From an uncultured Flavobacteriaceae bacterium (GTDB taxonomy: Bacteria; Bacteroidota; Bacteroidia; Flavobacteriales; Flavobacteriaceae), in contig CAJXQS010000008.1 in assembly GCA_913058385.1 (NCBI GenBank), positions 22,202 through 86,201 of the forward strand: a stretch of DNA of 64,000 bases, written 5' to 3'. The translations under genes were made by a program, and so were the position numbers. This document shows, piece after piece, positions 29,090 to 39,760 of the stretch (positions within the stretch are counted from its first letter, which is position 1; every line of letters starts with the position of its first letter). The notes under the pieces were generated by a model that saw only the letters and a program-made list of their open reading frames with translations, ran no database searches and had not been told where the DNA came from.

Positions 29090-30419
29090 TTTATTTTTGA
29101 TATTGACACTCCTGACGAGCTTCGCTTGGGGCCAAGATCTTCCCGAATCTTTGACCCTTGATGAGGCCATTACTTTTGGATTAAAAAACAATAGCGCAAT
29201 TATCAATGCTGATTTAGAAATCCAAAAGGCCTACAAAGAGAAATGGAAAACCATTGCCATTGGTCTACCGCAAATTAGCGCTGAAGCCAATTATCAAAAC
29301 TTCTTGGAAAGACCTGTTTCATTAGTTCCAGCTGAATTTTTTGGTGGAATCCCAGGGGAGTTTTCTGAACTAACTTTTGGAACGAAGCAAAATTTAATCG
29401 GGACGGTAAAGTTAGAACAACTTATTTTTGATGGATCCTACTTGGTCGGGTTGGAAGCAATTAAGGTTTATTTAAACATTTCCGAAAACTTGTTTAAGAA
29501 AACTGCTTTGGAGGTAAAAAAGCTTACGGTAACGACCTATACGTCTGTATTGCTAGCAGAATACAATGTGAATTTTTTAGAAAAAAATATCGCAAAACTG
29601 GAGGACAATTTGACCGAGGTTCATCAACTTTTTAAAAATGGTTTTGAAGAAGAGGAAAGCGTGGAGCAAATTCGTTTGACCTTATCCAGCATCAATTCTC
29701 AATTAAAATATGCTAAAAACTTTATTAAAATCACTGAGGAAATACTCAAGTTCGTTATTGGTTATCCTTTAGATCAAAAACTAGTGCTTTCGAGTGGCGT
29801 AGAAGATATTTTTAGTGAGGCCAGTCTGTTGATTGATAAATCTGACGCTGTTGATATTATTAACAATATTGATATTCAGATTGCTGAAAATAAAATGAAA
29901 TCAGACGCACTTCTTTTTAAACTAGAGAAATCAAAGAGTTTGCCAAAGCTTATGGCTTTTATTAATGGGACTTATACGGGTAATAGCAATGAGTTCACTT
30001 TTACAGAGAATTCTCAAAAATGGTTTGGCTCGTCCTTGGTGGGGGTGAAACTCAATATTCCTATTTTCAGTTCGCTGGGAAGATCTGCAAACACTCAAAA
30101 AGCAAAAATAACCCTAGAACAGGCCAAAACAAATCTTAATGAAGTTCAAAACAGAGTTCAAATTGAGGTAAATGCAGCCCTAAACGATTATCAATTGGCC
30201 ATTGAAAATTATTTTACGGAAAAGGAAAACTTGAGATTGGCCGAGCGTATTGAAAAGAAAAACCAAACTAAATATTTTGAAGGAATGGTCAGTTCTTTTG
30301 AGTTACGGCAGGCCCAGTTGCAACTTTATACAATTCAAAGCAGCTTTTTGAATTCCATTAATAACGTAATCACTAAAAAAATAGAGTTAGAAACTCTTTT
30401 AAATACACCTAATCCTTAA
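29079..30419 (+). CDS. TolC-family outer-membrane efflux protein
   Basis: 446 aa. Signal peptide and two OEP repeats. First gene of the efflux trio. Confidence 0.88.
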   Translation: MKINLFLILTLLTSFAWGQDLPESLTLDEAITFGLKNNSAIINADLEIQKAYKEKWKTIAIGLPQISAEANYQNFLERPVSLVPAEFFGGIPGEFSELTFGTKQNLIGTVKLEQLIFDGSYLVGLEAIKVYLNISENLFKKTALEVKKLTVTTYTSVLLAEYNVNFLEKNIAKLEDNLTEVHQLFKNGFEEEESVEQIRLTLSSINSQLKYAKNFIKITEEILKFVIGYPLDQKLVLSSGVEDIFSEASLLIDKSDAVDIINNIDIQIAENKMKSDALLFKLEKSKSLPKLMAFINGTYTGNSNEFTFTENSQKWFGSSLVGVKLNIPIFSSLGRSANTQKAKITLEQAKTNLNEVQNRVQIEVNAALNDYQLAIENYFTEKENLRLAERIEKKNQTKYFEGMVSSFELRQAQLQLYTIQSSFLNSINNVITKKIELETLLNTPNP

Positions 30420-30423
30420 AACC

Positions 30424-31590
30424 ATGAAAAAATTATTAATTATAGTTTCTTTATTTTCACTTATTGTTGCTTGTAAAAGTGAAAAAAAACCAAGTGTTTC
30501 TGAGCTGATCGATTCTGGGAACCTTGAGGGTTTGAGGGCTGAGAAAGATGCAAAAACAAAAACATTTAATTCGCTTAAAATTGAGTTAAATACAATCAAT
30601 GCTGCCATTGCGAGCCTTGATCCTAATGAAAACTTACCGTTGATCACCACAATCAATCTAAGCTCAGAAAAGTTTAATCATTTCATTGAGTTTCAAGCAA
30701 GTATTAAAACCAGAAAAAATGTTTTGCTTTTTCCAGAATTTAATGGAATTCTCAAGAAAATATATGTTAGGGAAGGTCAAAAAGTTAAAAAAGGAATGCT
30801 TTTGGCGCATATTGACGATGCCGGTTTGAGGAGTCAATTGGAACAACTTGAAATTCAAACAGCGCTTTCCAAAACTAAATTAGAGAGAATCCAAAGACTT
30901 TGGGATCAAAAAATAGGAGCCGAAATAAATATGCTTGAAGCGAAGACAATGTATGCGTCAAATTTAAAAAGCATTGCCCAGTTAAAAACGCAAATTGAAA
31001 AAACAGAAATTCACGCCCCTTTTTCAGGAATAATTGATGAGATCACTGCAAATACTGGAACCAACCTAATTCCAGGAAAAACAGCTGTAATGCGAATCGT
31101 GAATCTTGATGAAATGTACACCGAAGCAAACGTTCCAGAACGTTATCTTAAGTCCATAAAAATTGGGACAGAAGCAATTATTGAAATCCCAATGCTCGGT
31201 CGAGAATATAAAAGTAGAATAAGACAAACGGGGAGCTTTATCAATCCGAATAACAGAAGTTTTAGAGTAGAAGCTCCTTTAGTTAACACGGATAACCTGA
31301 CAAAACCCAACTTGACAAGTAAATTGAAAATTTTAGATTATTCAAATCAAGAAGCGATATTAATTCCTTCAAGAATCATTAAAGAAAATGCTAAAAACGA
31401 AAGCTATGTTTACAGACTCAAATCCGATCAAAAAGAAGGTGTTTTTCTAACTGAGCAGGTGTTTTTAAAACTAGGAAAGAAAACTCAAGATAGGGTTGAA
31501 ATTCTTGAGGGATTAAACGCTGGAGACCTTATTGTTGACGAAGGTGCCTCGATCGTAGAAAACAATCAACGGGTAAAAACAATAGAATAA
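30424..31590 (+). CDS. RND efflux periplasmic adaptor (membrane fusion protein)
   Basis: 388 aa. Lipoprotein signal LIVACKS. Coiled-coil plus lipoyl/beta-barrel HlyD-like organisation. Confidence 0.88.
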   Translation: MKKLLIIVSLFSLIVACKSEKKPSVSELIDSGNLEGLRAEKDAKTKTFNSLKIELNTINAAIASLDPNENLPLITTINLSSEKFNHFIEFQASIKTRKNVLLFPEFNGILKKIYVREGQKVKKGMLLAHIDDAGLRSQLEQLEIQTALSKTKLERIQRLWDQKIGAEINMLEAKTMYASNLKSIAQLKTQIEKTEIHAPFSGIIDEITANTGTNLIPGKTAVMRIVNLDEMYTEANVPERYLKSIKIGTEAIIEIPMLGREYKSRIRQTGSFINPNNRSFRVEAPLVNTDNLTKPNLTSKLKILDYSNQEAILIPSRIIKENAKNESYVYRLKSDQKEGVFLTEQVFLKLGKKTQDRVEILEGLNAGDLIVDEGASIVENNQRVKTIE

Positions 31591-31606
31591 TCCCTGAATT
31601 CATAAA

Positions 31607-34600
31607 ATGAAAAAACATACTTACAAAGAATTTTCTTTATCCAGTTGGGCAATTGATCACAAGACGGTCATTTATGTAATCATGGCGATCTTTTTCTTTC
31701 TCGGCATACGTTCCTACAATGTCATGCCAAGAGAAAGCTTTCCTGAAATCAATGATACACGAATTTTTGTTACTGCTGTTTTCCCGGGAAACACCGCAGA
31801 AGATATCGAGAGACTGATTATTGATCCGCTAGAAGAAGCTTTAAGAGGCGTTCCTAATCTTGTTGACATGACCTCTACATCTGAAGAGGATTTTGGGGCA
31901 ATTACAATTGAATTTGATGAGGACATTACGATTGATTTGGCCAAACAAAAAGCCAAAGACTTGGTTGATGGAGTCATCTCCAGTGCAGATTGGCCCACTT
32001 TTAACAATGCAAAAGTAGAGCCTTCTATTTTTGAAATGGATTTTTCTGAGTTAATGCCCATTTTAAGTGTGAGTTTGATTGGTGATTATCCAATTGAAGA
32101 ACTAAAAATGCATGCTGAATATCTAGAAAACAGAATAGAACAGCTTCCGGAGATTAAGTCTGTTGACATTAGAGGGATTCAAGATTTTGAAGTTGAAATC
32201 GCAGTTGACATCTATAAAATGACTGCCTCAAAAATAAGTTTCAATGACATCATGAATTCCATTGGAGGAGAAAATGCGACCATATCAGCGGGAAATATAA
32301 TTGCAGATGGGCAAAGAAGCAGCCTCCGAGTCATTGGGGAAATTAAAGACCCACAGGAATTAAAAAACTTTGTAATCAAAACCGAAAAAGGGATAACCTA
32401 TCTTGGTGACATTGCCGAAATTAGTTTTAAAGAAAAAGACATTACCTCCTTTGCTAGGTCATTTGGGAAAAAGGTAGTGTTATTGGACGTGAAAAAAAGA
32501 GGGGGTAAAAACTTAATTCAAGCTTCACAAAAAATCAGAAAACTGGTTAGCGAATTAGGTCAAAATCACTTTCCTAAAGACTTGACCATAAAGCTATCAA
32601 ACGACCAATCCATGATCACTCTAAATCAAGTAAGTGACTTGGTAAATAACATTATTTTTGGTGTCATCTTAGTTGTGGTTGTTTTGATGTTTTTCCTTGG
32701 TTTCCGTAATGCACTATTTGTTGGATTTGCAATCCCGATGTCGATGTTCATGTCATTTATGATTATGTCATTATTGGGGTATACAATGAACACCATGGTC
32801 CTTTTTGGATTGGTAATGGGTCTTGGAATGCTGGTGGACAACGGAATTGTGGTCGTCGAAAACGTTTATCGTTTGATGGAGAAAGAAGGAATGAGCAGAA
32901 TTCAAGCTGCAAAGGCTGGAATTGGAGAAATTGCGTTTCCCATAATTGTCTCAACCGCAACGACAATTGCTGCATTTGTCCCCCTAGGAGCATGGCCAGG
33001 ATTGATGGGTGAGTTTATGATTTACTTCCCAATAACCCTATCCGTTGTGTTGGGATCTTCGCTAGTCGTCGCATTGCTTTTTAACTCCATGCTAGTGTCT
33101 CAATTCATGGAAATCAGTGACCGAGAAATGAGTAACAAAGGCTTGTTCAGGTTAACATTTATACTCGGTGGGTTGGGGCTGCTGTTAGTTTTTAACGAAG
33201 GAGTAATCAGAGGGATTGGAACCTTAATGATCCTCATTACTGGGCTTTTTTGGGCGTATAAATTTTTCATCAAAAACCTTGCATTACGTTTTCAAAATAC
33301 ATTTTTAATCTGGCTCGAAAATAGCTACCGATCCTTGCTTACTTCTTTGCTCAGAGGCTATCGCCCTTATGCTTTGTTGTTAGGAACTTTTATGTTATTG
33401 ATTTTCTCTTTTGTCCTGATGGGGATTTTTCCTCCCAAAGTAGAATTCTTCCCTGAAAACCAACCCAATCAAATCATAACTTACATTGAATATCCGGAAG
33501 GAACTGCCATTGGAAAAACAAATAAAATCACCAAACGTATTGAAGCTGATATTTTTGAAATTCTAGATAATGAAAAATACCAATCCAATGGTTTTAACTT
33601 CTTAGTAGAAGATGCTGTTGCTCAAGTTGGAGCAGGTGCAGGAAACCCTGAAACAGACAATGGGGTTACCAACGAAATGCCTCATAAAGCAAAAATAACC
33701 CTGACCATTCGAGAATTTAAATACCGTCGTGGCGCATCTAGTGAATCTTTACGAAGTGAAATTCAACGAAACCTTAAAGGAAAATATCCTGGAATTTTAA
33801 TCTCTGTCGAAAAAGATTCTAAAGGACCTCCAGTAGGATACCCCGTAAATATAGAAGTAAGCGGACGAGATTATGAAAAGCTCATTTTGAACGCAAAAAA
33901 AATGAAAGACTTTTTGGATCGTGAAAACATTTCAGGAGTTGAGGCTTTAAAAATTGATGTTAATAAAAACAAACCTGGAACGGAACTTCATGTCGATCGA
34001 AAAAAGGCTGGAGAGCTCGGTGTTTCGGCATCCATGGTTGGACGACAACTAAGAACTTCTTTGTTTGGAGGAAAAGCAGGCGTTTACAAAAAAGATGGCG
34101 AGGACTATGACATCAATGTCCGTTTTGAAGAAAAATACCGTTATGACAATAATGCTTTGTATAATCAAAACATAATCTTTAGAGATCAAGCCACAGGAAA
34201 AACAAAAGAAATTCCAATTGCTGCTTTGATCACTGAAAGAAAGTCATCTTCTTTTAGTGCCATCAAGCATCGAAAATCTGTTCGATTGGTTACTTTATAT
34301 TCTGCAGTTCTCGCAGGATTCAATGCCAACGAAGTAGTCGAAAATGTCAAAAACGCCTTGTTGAATTACACCATTGAAGAAGGAGTAAGCATTAAGTTCA
34401 CTGGAGAAATAGAGGAGCAAGAAAAAAACATGAACTTTTTGTCAAATGCACTCCTTGCAGCTTTGGCGTTGATTATGTTGCTTTTGGTTTTTCAGTTCAA
34501 TTCAATTTCTAAGCCCATCATTATTTTAATTTCTATTTTTTTAAGTTTCACTGGTGTTTTTCTTGGGAATATTATTTTCCAATTGCCTTTTGTTATCTTA

Positions 34601-35041
34601 ATGACCATGATGGGAATCATATCCCTTTCCGGAATAGTGGTGAATAATGGTGTTGTATTATTGGATTACACACAATTATTATTGGATAGAAAAAAATCTG
34701 AGGAAGAGATTCCAAAAGAACAAATGCTGCCCAATAGTAAAGCAATTGAAGCAATTATTGAGGGAGGAACAGCAAGGTTACGTCCAGTGATTTTGACTGC
34801 AATCACAACAATTTTAGGGTTGATTCCATTGGCGATTGGTTTGAATATTGATTTTTTTGCACTATTTTCTGACTGGGATCCACAAATATATATTGGAGGT
34901 GACAATGTCTCCTTCTGGGGGCCATTGGCAAAAACAGTAATCTTCGGGTTAAGTTTTGCAACTTTTTTAACCCTATTTATTGTCCCTGCAACGTTTTTAA
35001 TCACCTATCAAATCAAACTAAAAATAAAAGGGAAACTTTAA
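31607..35041 (+). CDS. RND-family efflux permease (AcrB/HAE1-like)
   Basis: 1144 aa, 12 TM segments with two large periplasmic loops. Conserved TM4 region GLGMLVDNGIVVVEN. Confidence 0.93.
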   Translation: MKKHTYKEFSLSSWAIDHKTVIYVIMAIFFFLGIRSYNVMPRESFPEINDTRIFVTAVFPGNTAEDIERLIIDPLEEALRGVPNLVDMTSTSEEDFGAITIEFDEDITIDLAKQKAKDLVDGVISSADWPTFNNAKVEPSIFEMDFSELMPILSVSLIGDYPIEELKMHAEYLENRIEQLPEIKSVDIRGIQDFEVEIAVDIYKMTASKISFNDIMNSIGGENATISAGNIIADGQRSSLRVIGEIKDPQELKNFVIKTEKGITYLGDIAEISFKEKDITSFARSFGKKVVLLDVKKRGGKNLIQASQKIRKLVSELGQNHFPKDLTIKLSNDQSMITLNQVSDLVNNIIFGVILVVVVLMFFLGFRNALFVGFAIPMSMFMSFMIMSLLGYTMNTMVLFGLVMGLGMLVDNGIVVVENVYRLMEKEGMSRIQAAKAGIGEIAFPIIVSTATTIAAFVPLGAWPGLMGEFMIYFPITLSVVLGSSLVVALLFNSMLVSQFMEISDREMSNKGLFRLTFILGGLGLLLVFNEGVIRGIGTLMILITGLFWAYKFFIKNLALRFQNTFLIWLENSYRSLLTSLLRGYRPYALLLGTFMLLIFSFVLMGIFPPKVEFFPENQPNQIITYIEYPEGTAIGKTNKITKRIEADIFEILDNEKYQSNGFNFLVEDAVAQVGAGAGNPETDNGVTNEMPHKAKITLTIREFKYRRGASSESLRSEIQRNLKGKYPGILISVEKDSKGPPVGYPVNIEVSGRDYEKLILNAKKMKDFLDRENISGVEALKIDVNKNKPGTELHVDRKKAGELGVSASMVGRQLRTSLFGGKAGVYKKDGEDYDINVRFEEKYRYDNNALYNQNIIFRDQATGKTKEIPIAALITERKSSSFSAIKHRKSVRLVTLYSAVLAGFNANEVVENVKNALLNYTIEEGVSIKFTGEIEEQEKNMNFLSNALLAALALIMLLLVFQFNSISKPIIILISIFLSFTGVFLGNIIFQLPFVILMTMMGIISLSGIVVNNGVVLLDYTQLLLDRKKSEEEIPKEQMLPNSKAIEAIIEGGTARLRPVILTAITTILGLIPLAIGLNIDFFALFSDWDPQIYIGGDNVSFWGPLAKTVIFGLSFATFLTLFIVPATFLITYQIKLKIKGKL

Positions 35042-35078
35042 AATGTAATTAAGGCTTAAAAGAAAAGTAGGTTCTTAT

Positions 35079-35086
35079 TACCTTTG
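35079..35086 (+). promoter_or_regulatory. Bacteroidota -7 promoter box (TACCTTTG) for aspS
   Basis: Match to TAnnTTTG, 17 nt upstream of the aspS ATG. Confidence 0.5.
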
Positions 35087-35103
35087 CACCTAATTCAATT
35101 AAA

Positions 35104-36858
35104 ATGTTAAGAACACATCATTGTGGCGAGCTTCGCGAAACTCATCAACATCAATCGATAACTCTGGCCGGTTGGGTTCAGAAAGTCCGGAACAAAGGGT
35201 TTCTTGTATGGGTCGATATTCGAGACCGATATGGAATTACTCAATTGATATTTGATGAAGAAAGAACCCCTGCTGATGTTTTTAAAAAATCACTCGAATT
35301 GGGTCGAGAAGACGTCATTAGAGTTTCGGGAAAAGTCATTGAACGCGAATCAAAAAACCCAAATATTACTACTGGGAATATAGAAATTTTGGTTGAGGAA
35401 CTTCAGCTTTTGAATGCCTCCAAAACCCCTCCTTTTACCATTGAAAACAAAACTGATGGTGGAGAAGAATTGCGAATGCAATACCGATATTTAGATTTAA
35501 GAAGAAACCCAGTACGTGAAAATTTAGTTTTCCGTCACAAGGTAAGTCTTGAAATACGAAATTTTCTTTCAGAGGCAGATTTTATTGATGTGGAAACTCC
35601 TTATTTAATAAAATCAACACCCGAAGGTGCACGAGATTTTGTCGTTCCTTCTAGAATGAATTCTGGAGAATTTTATGCACTGCCCCAATCTCCTCAGACT
35701 TTTAAGCAATTGTTGATGGTGGGAGGTTTTGACAAATACTTTCAAATTGTAAAATGCTTTAGAGATGAAGATTTAAGGGCAGATCGTCAGCCAGAATTTA
35801 CACAAATCGATTGTGAAATGTCCTTTGTAGAACAAGAAGACATTTTGAATCAGTTTGAAGCTTTGACCAAACATCTATTAAAAAAAATAAAAGGTGTCGA
35901 GGTAGCAGCTTTCCCAAGAATCACCTATGCCGAAGCCATGAAACGTTTTGGAAATGACAAACCCGACATTAGGTTCGGCATGGAGTTTGGAGAACTCAAT
36001 GCGTTGGCAAAAAACAAAGGATTTAATGTTTTTGACAGTCAAGAGCTGGTTGTCGGAATTGCAGTTCCGGGCGGGGCAGCTCATACACGAAAAGAAATCG
36101 ATGCCCTTATCGATTGGGTGAGAAGGCCACAAATTGGGGCGCTGGGAATGGTCTGGGTCAAGCACAATGAGGATGGAAGTTTTAAATCTTCTGTTGACAA
36201 GTTTTTCACAAGCGAAGACCTTTCCGATTGGGCAGTCACAACACAATCCAAACCTGGAGATTTGATTTTGGTTTTAGCAGGCGATGCTCATTCAACACGA
36301 AGTCAATTGAGTGCACTACGTCTTGAAATTGCTGAAAGAAAAGGACTGAGAAATCCGGAAGAATTTGCTCCATTGTGGGTCACCGATTTTCCTTTGTTAG
36401 AATGGGACGAAGAAACAAATCGTTATCATGCAATGCACCATCCGTTTACTGCTCCAAAACCTGAGCATCTGGATTTGTTGGAAACTGAACCCGGAAAAGT
36501 AAATGCAAACGCCTATGATTTGGTGCTCAACGGAAACGAAATTGGCGGAGGATCCATTCGAATTCATGATGCCGAATTACAGCAAAAAATGTTCTCCCTA
36601 CTCGGATTCAGTGCTGAAGAGGCCGAGAGTCAGTTTGGTTTTTTGATGAAAGCATTCCAATATGGCGCTCCACCTCATGGAGGAATTGCCTTGGGATTAG
36701 ATCGATTAGTCGCTATTTTAGGTGGAAGCGAAACCATCCGAGATTTTATCGCTTTTCCTAAAAACAATAGTGGACGAGACATCATGATTGATGCACCGTC
36801 ACCTATAAATGAAAGTCAATTGAACGAACTTTATTTAAAATTTTTACCAAAAAAGTAA
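35104..36858 (+). CDS. aspS: Aspartate--tRNA ligase
   Basis: 584 aa. Class II motifs ([32 protein letters not shown]). Confidence 0.97.
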   Translation: MLRTHHCGELRETHQHQSITLAGWVQKVRNKGFLVWVDIRDRYGITQLIFDEERTPADVFKKSLELGREDVIRVSGKVIERESKNPNITTGNIEILVEELQLLNASKTPPFTIENKTDGGEELRMQYRYLDLRRNPVRENLVFRHKVSLEIRNFLSEADFIDVETPYLIKSTPEGARDFVVPSRMNSGEFYALPQSPQTFKQLLMVGGFDKYFQIVKCFRDEDLRADRQPEFTQIDCEMSFVEQEDILNQFEALTKHLLKKIKGVEVAAFPRITYAEAMKRFGNDKPDIRFGMEFGELNALAKNKGFNVFDSQELVVGIAVPGGAAHTRKEIDALIDWVRRPQIGALGMVWVKHNEDGSFKSSVDKFFTSEDLSDWAVTTQSKPGDLILVLAGDAHSTRSQLSALRLEIAERKGLRNPEEFAPLWVTDFPLLEWDEETNRYHAMHHPFTAPKPEHLDLLETEPGKVNANAYDLVLNGNEIGGGSIRIHDAELQQKMFSLLGFSAEEAESQFGFLMKAFQYGAPPHGGIALGLDRLVAILGGSETIRDFIAFPKNNSGRDIMIDAPSPINESQLNELYLKFLPKK

Positions 36859-36902
36859 GTCCATTTGTGTAAAGTTTTTCTTACAATATAATTCAATCAA
36901 AA

Positions 36903-37148
36903 ATGAAATATTTTCTTCGAATCTTGTTTATAATGCTCTTAATCAGTCTTTTTGTGGGTTATTATTTTAAAAATTCTGGAGATCACGAACTTGGAAATAA
37001 AATAGTTGGAATCACAGTATTGGCGGGAGCTTTTTTATTTATGCCTGTTTTTTTAAAGCACCGTTGGCAAGGAAAAAAGCTTGAAGATTATACACTTACA
37101 CAGAAAAATTTTGATAAAATACGAAGTAAACAACAAAAAAGTAAATAA
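36903..37148 (+). CDS. Hypothetical small membrane protein (2 TM segments, basic C-terminus)
   Basis: 81 aa. Two hydrophobic helices. No known motif. Confidence 0.45.
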   Translation: MKYFLRILFIMLLISLFVGYYFKNSGDHELGNKIVGITVLAGAFLFMPVFLKHRWQGKKLEDYTLTQKNFDKIRSKQQKSK

Positions 37149-37202
37149 ATCTTATATTACTTTATGGTAAATGCGTAACTTGCGGAAAATTAATATTTTA
37201 AT

Positions 37203-37394
37203 ATGACTGGTACAGTTAAATTCTTTAATGGATCCAAAGGTTATGGTTTCATTACAAACGACGAAACATCTGAGGATGTATTTGTTCACGTTTCTGCCCT
37301 TAATGGGCTAACACTCCAAGAGGGTGATAAAGTTGAATATGTTGAAGAAGAGGGTAATAAAGGGAAGCAAGCTTCTCAAATCGCTCTATTATAA
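37203..37394 (+). CDS. Cold-shock protein (CspA family)
   Basis: 63 aa. RNP1 KGYGFI and RNP2 VFVHV. Confidence 0.95.
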   Translation: MTGTVKFFNGSKGYGFITNDETSEDVFVHVSALNGLTLQEGDKVEYVEEEGNKGKQASQIALL

Positions 37395-37417
37395 TCATAC
37401 ATTAAGACTACAAACAC

Positions 37418-37446
37418 AAAGCCTTCCAATTGGAAGGCTTTTTTTA
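37418..37446. terminator. Bidirectional intrinsic terminator between csp and tadA
   Basis: Perfect palindrome aaagccttccaattggaaggcttt followed by a T-run. It sits between two convergent genes. Confidence 0.8.
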
Positions 37447-37887
37447 TTTCCGCTTACTTCTAAAAAAAGTATTTAACAAGTCTGAAGCTTCTTTTTCCAG
37501 AACTCCTTTCTCAACTGCCGTTTTTGGGTGTGGACTTAAATTCGCCTGAATAAATCCCCGTTTGGGATCGGATGCGCCAAAAACAATACGGCTCAATTGT
37601 GACCAATAGAGCGCACCCAAGCACATCACACATGGCTCAAGGGTTACATAAATAGTACATCCTTTCAAATATTTCCCATTCAAGAAATTTGCCGCTGAAG
37701 TAATGGCTTGCATTTCAGCATGTGCCGTAACATCTGTCAATCGCTCGGTCAGGTTGTGAGCTCTTGCAATTATTTTTTGATCAACTACTACCACTGCTCC
37801 TACTGGAACTTCGCCAGATTCATAAGCCTTTTGAGCTTCTATGAGTGCTTGTTTCATAAAGTAGTTGTCGTCTAATCGTATTTCCAT
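37444..37887 (-). CDS. tadA: tRNA adenosine(34) deaminase
   Basis: 147 aa. Deaminase zinc motifs HAEMQAI and PCVMCLGA. Confidence 0.93.
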   Translation of the reverse strand: MEIRLDDNYFMKQALIEAQKAYESGEVPVGAVVVVDQKIIARAHNLTERLTDVTAHAEMQAITSAANFLNGKYLKGCTIYVTLEPCVMCLGALYWSQLSRIVFGASDPKRGFIQANLSPHPKTAVEKGVLEKEASDLLNTFFRSKRK

Positions 37888-37943
37888 GGAGTGAATTTAC
37901 AAAACACCGTAAGTTGGAACAAACGAAACCCTATCTTTGTGAT

Positions 37944-39701
37944 ATGCTTTTGTCCAAAATACAAAGTCCTAAAGACTTGCGAAAACTATCACTGGACCAA
38001 CTCCAAGGGTTGGCAGAGGAGTTGCGGGAATACATTATCAAGGTCGTTTCTGAAAACGAAGGACATCTCGGCGCTAGCTTAGGAGTAGTTGAACTGACCT
38101 TATTACTTCATTATGTTTTTAACACCCCCAAAGACCTTTTGATTTGGGATGTTGGGCACCAAGCCTATGGGCATAAAATATTAACAGGGAGAAGAGATTC
38201 TTTTAAGACACTTCGGCAGAAAAATGGAATTAGCGGTTTCCCAAAAAGAAATGAAAGCGAATATGATGCCTTTGGCACAGGACACGCTTCAACCTCTATT
38301 TCCGCTGCATTAGGAATGGCTTTGGCCAACCAATTGAAAGGCGAAAACGAAACCCATCACATCGCCATTATAGGAGATGCTTCGGTTGCTGGAGGCATGG
38401 CATTGGAGGCCCTAAATCATTTGGGCACAACAAATGCAAATGTTTTGGTAATTCTAAATGATAATGCCATTGGAATTGATCCAAGTGTGGGTGCTTTAAA
38501 AAAATATTTCGAAAAAGTAAAACAAGAATCGGAATCAGTTCAAAATTTTTTCGAGGCTTTAAACATTCCTTTTAGTGGTCCTGTAGATGGACATGATTTG
38601 GCTGCTTTAAAAATTGCTTTAGAAGAACAAAAAAACATCAAAGGACCTCGATTGCTTCATGTGATCACAACAAAAGGAAAAGGACTTCCACTTGCAGAAC
38701 AAGATCAAGTAAAGTACCATGCGCCTGGAAAATTTGATCCTTTAACTGGTAAAATAAATAAAAAAATTGCATCGGGAGAAAGCAAATACCAAGACGTTTT
38801 TGGGAAAACTCTGGTAGCATTGGCTGCAAAAAATGATAAGATCGTCGCCATCACTCCAGCCATGCCCTCTGGAAGCTCGTTGAACCTTATGATGAAAGCG
38901 TTTCCCGAAAGGTGCTTTGATGTGGGAATTGCCGAGCAACATGCGGTGACGCTTGCTGCTGGAATGGCAACTCAGGGATATATCCCTTTTTGTGCCATTT
39001 ATTCTACTTTTTTACAACGTGCTTATGATCAAGTCATACATGATGTTGCTTTGCAAAATTTGGCCGTTGTTTTTTGTGTAGATCGCGCAGGCTTGGTAGG
39101 AAATGATGGGCCTTCTCACCACGGTGTTTTTGATATTGCTTACTTGAGGTGTATTCCAAACATTATTGTTGCTGCACCCAAAGATGAAATCGATTTACGA
39201 AATTTATTGTACACTGCGCAATTAGATCTGAACCAGCCCTTAGCAATCCGATACCCTAGAGGATATGGAAAGCTCTTAAACTGGGAACTCCCTTTCGAAA
39301 AAGTTGAATTTGGAAAAGGAAAATGTTTAAAAGAGGGAAGTGAAATTGGAATAATTAGTTTGGGAACAATCGCCTTACAAGTTGAAGAAGCCATTGATCT
39401 AGTTAGCGAAAAAAGTCAAATCGCTCACTATGATTTAGCCTACGTAAAACCACTTGACGAAAAAATGCTTCACGAAGTTTTTAAAAAATACAAATCAATC
39501 CTTATTATTGAAGATGGAGCCGTTAGCGGCGGAGCCGGAAGTGCCGTTCTCGAATTTGCTTCAGTCAATAAATATAAAGTAAAGACTGTGCTTATGGGAA
39601 TTCCAGATGACTTTATCTCTCATGGAACAACCCCTGAACTCCTCAAGGATTTAGGACTTGATGGCGAAGGAATTGCAAAAAAGATTAAGACTTTACTATA
39701 A
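37944..39701 (+). CDS. dxs: 1-deoxy-D-xylulose-5-phosphate synthase
   Basis: Start at ATG 37944 (MLLSKIQSPKDLRKL). Motifs GHQAYGHKILTGRR and GDASVAGGMALEALN. Confidence 0.96.
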   Translation: MLLSKIQSPKDLRKLSLDQLQGLAEELREYIIKVVSENEGHLGASLGVVELTLLLHYVFNTPKDLLIWDVGHQAYGHKILTGRRDSFKTLRQKNGISGFPKRNESEYDAFGTGHASTSISAALGMALANQLKGENETHHIAIIGDASVAGGMALEALNHLGTTNANVLVILNDNAIGIDPSVGALKKYFEKVKQESESVQNFFEALNIPFSGPVDGHDLAALKIALEEQKNIKGPRLLHVITTKGKGLPLAEQDQVKYHAPGKFDPLTGKINKKIASGESKYQDVFGKTLVALAAKNDKIVAITPAMPSGSSLNLMMKAFPERCFDVGIAEQHAVTLAAGMATQGYIPFCAIYSTFLQRAYDQVIHDVALQNLAVVFCVDRAGLVGNDGPSHHGVFDIAYLRCIPNIIVAAPKDEIDLRNLLYTAQLDLNQPLAIRYPRGYGKLLNWELPFEKVEFGKGKCLKEGSEIGIISLGTIALQVEEAIDLVSEKSQIAHYDLAYVKPLDEKMLHEVFKKYKSILIIEDGAVSGGAGSAVLEFASVNKYKVKTVLMGIPDDFISHGTTPELLKDLGLDGEGIAKKIKTLL

Positions 39702-39760
39702 ATCTTTCCTCCAGCATTTTTATATCCACTGGCTTTGTTTATTTTTAACCAAATATATCC

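Noticed and set aside
31714-35004. Several 70-115-aa minus-strand ORFs inside the RND permease gene.
   Set aside because: All are antisense to a 1144-aa conserved CDS. They are hydrophobic or low-complexity artefacts.
28451-35041. TetR-TolC-MFP-RND block as a candidate novel system.
   Set aside because: It is a canonical, complete tripartite efflux operon with its repressor. Nothing unusual beyond a somewhat long permease.
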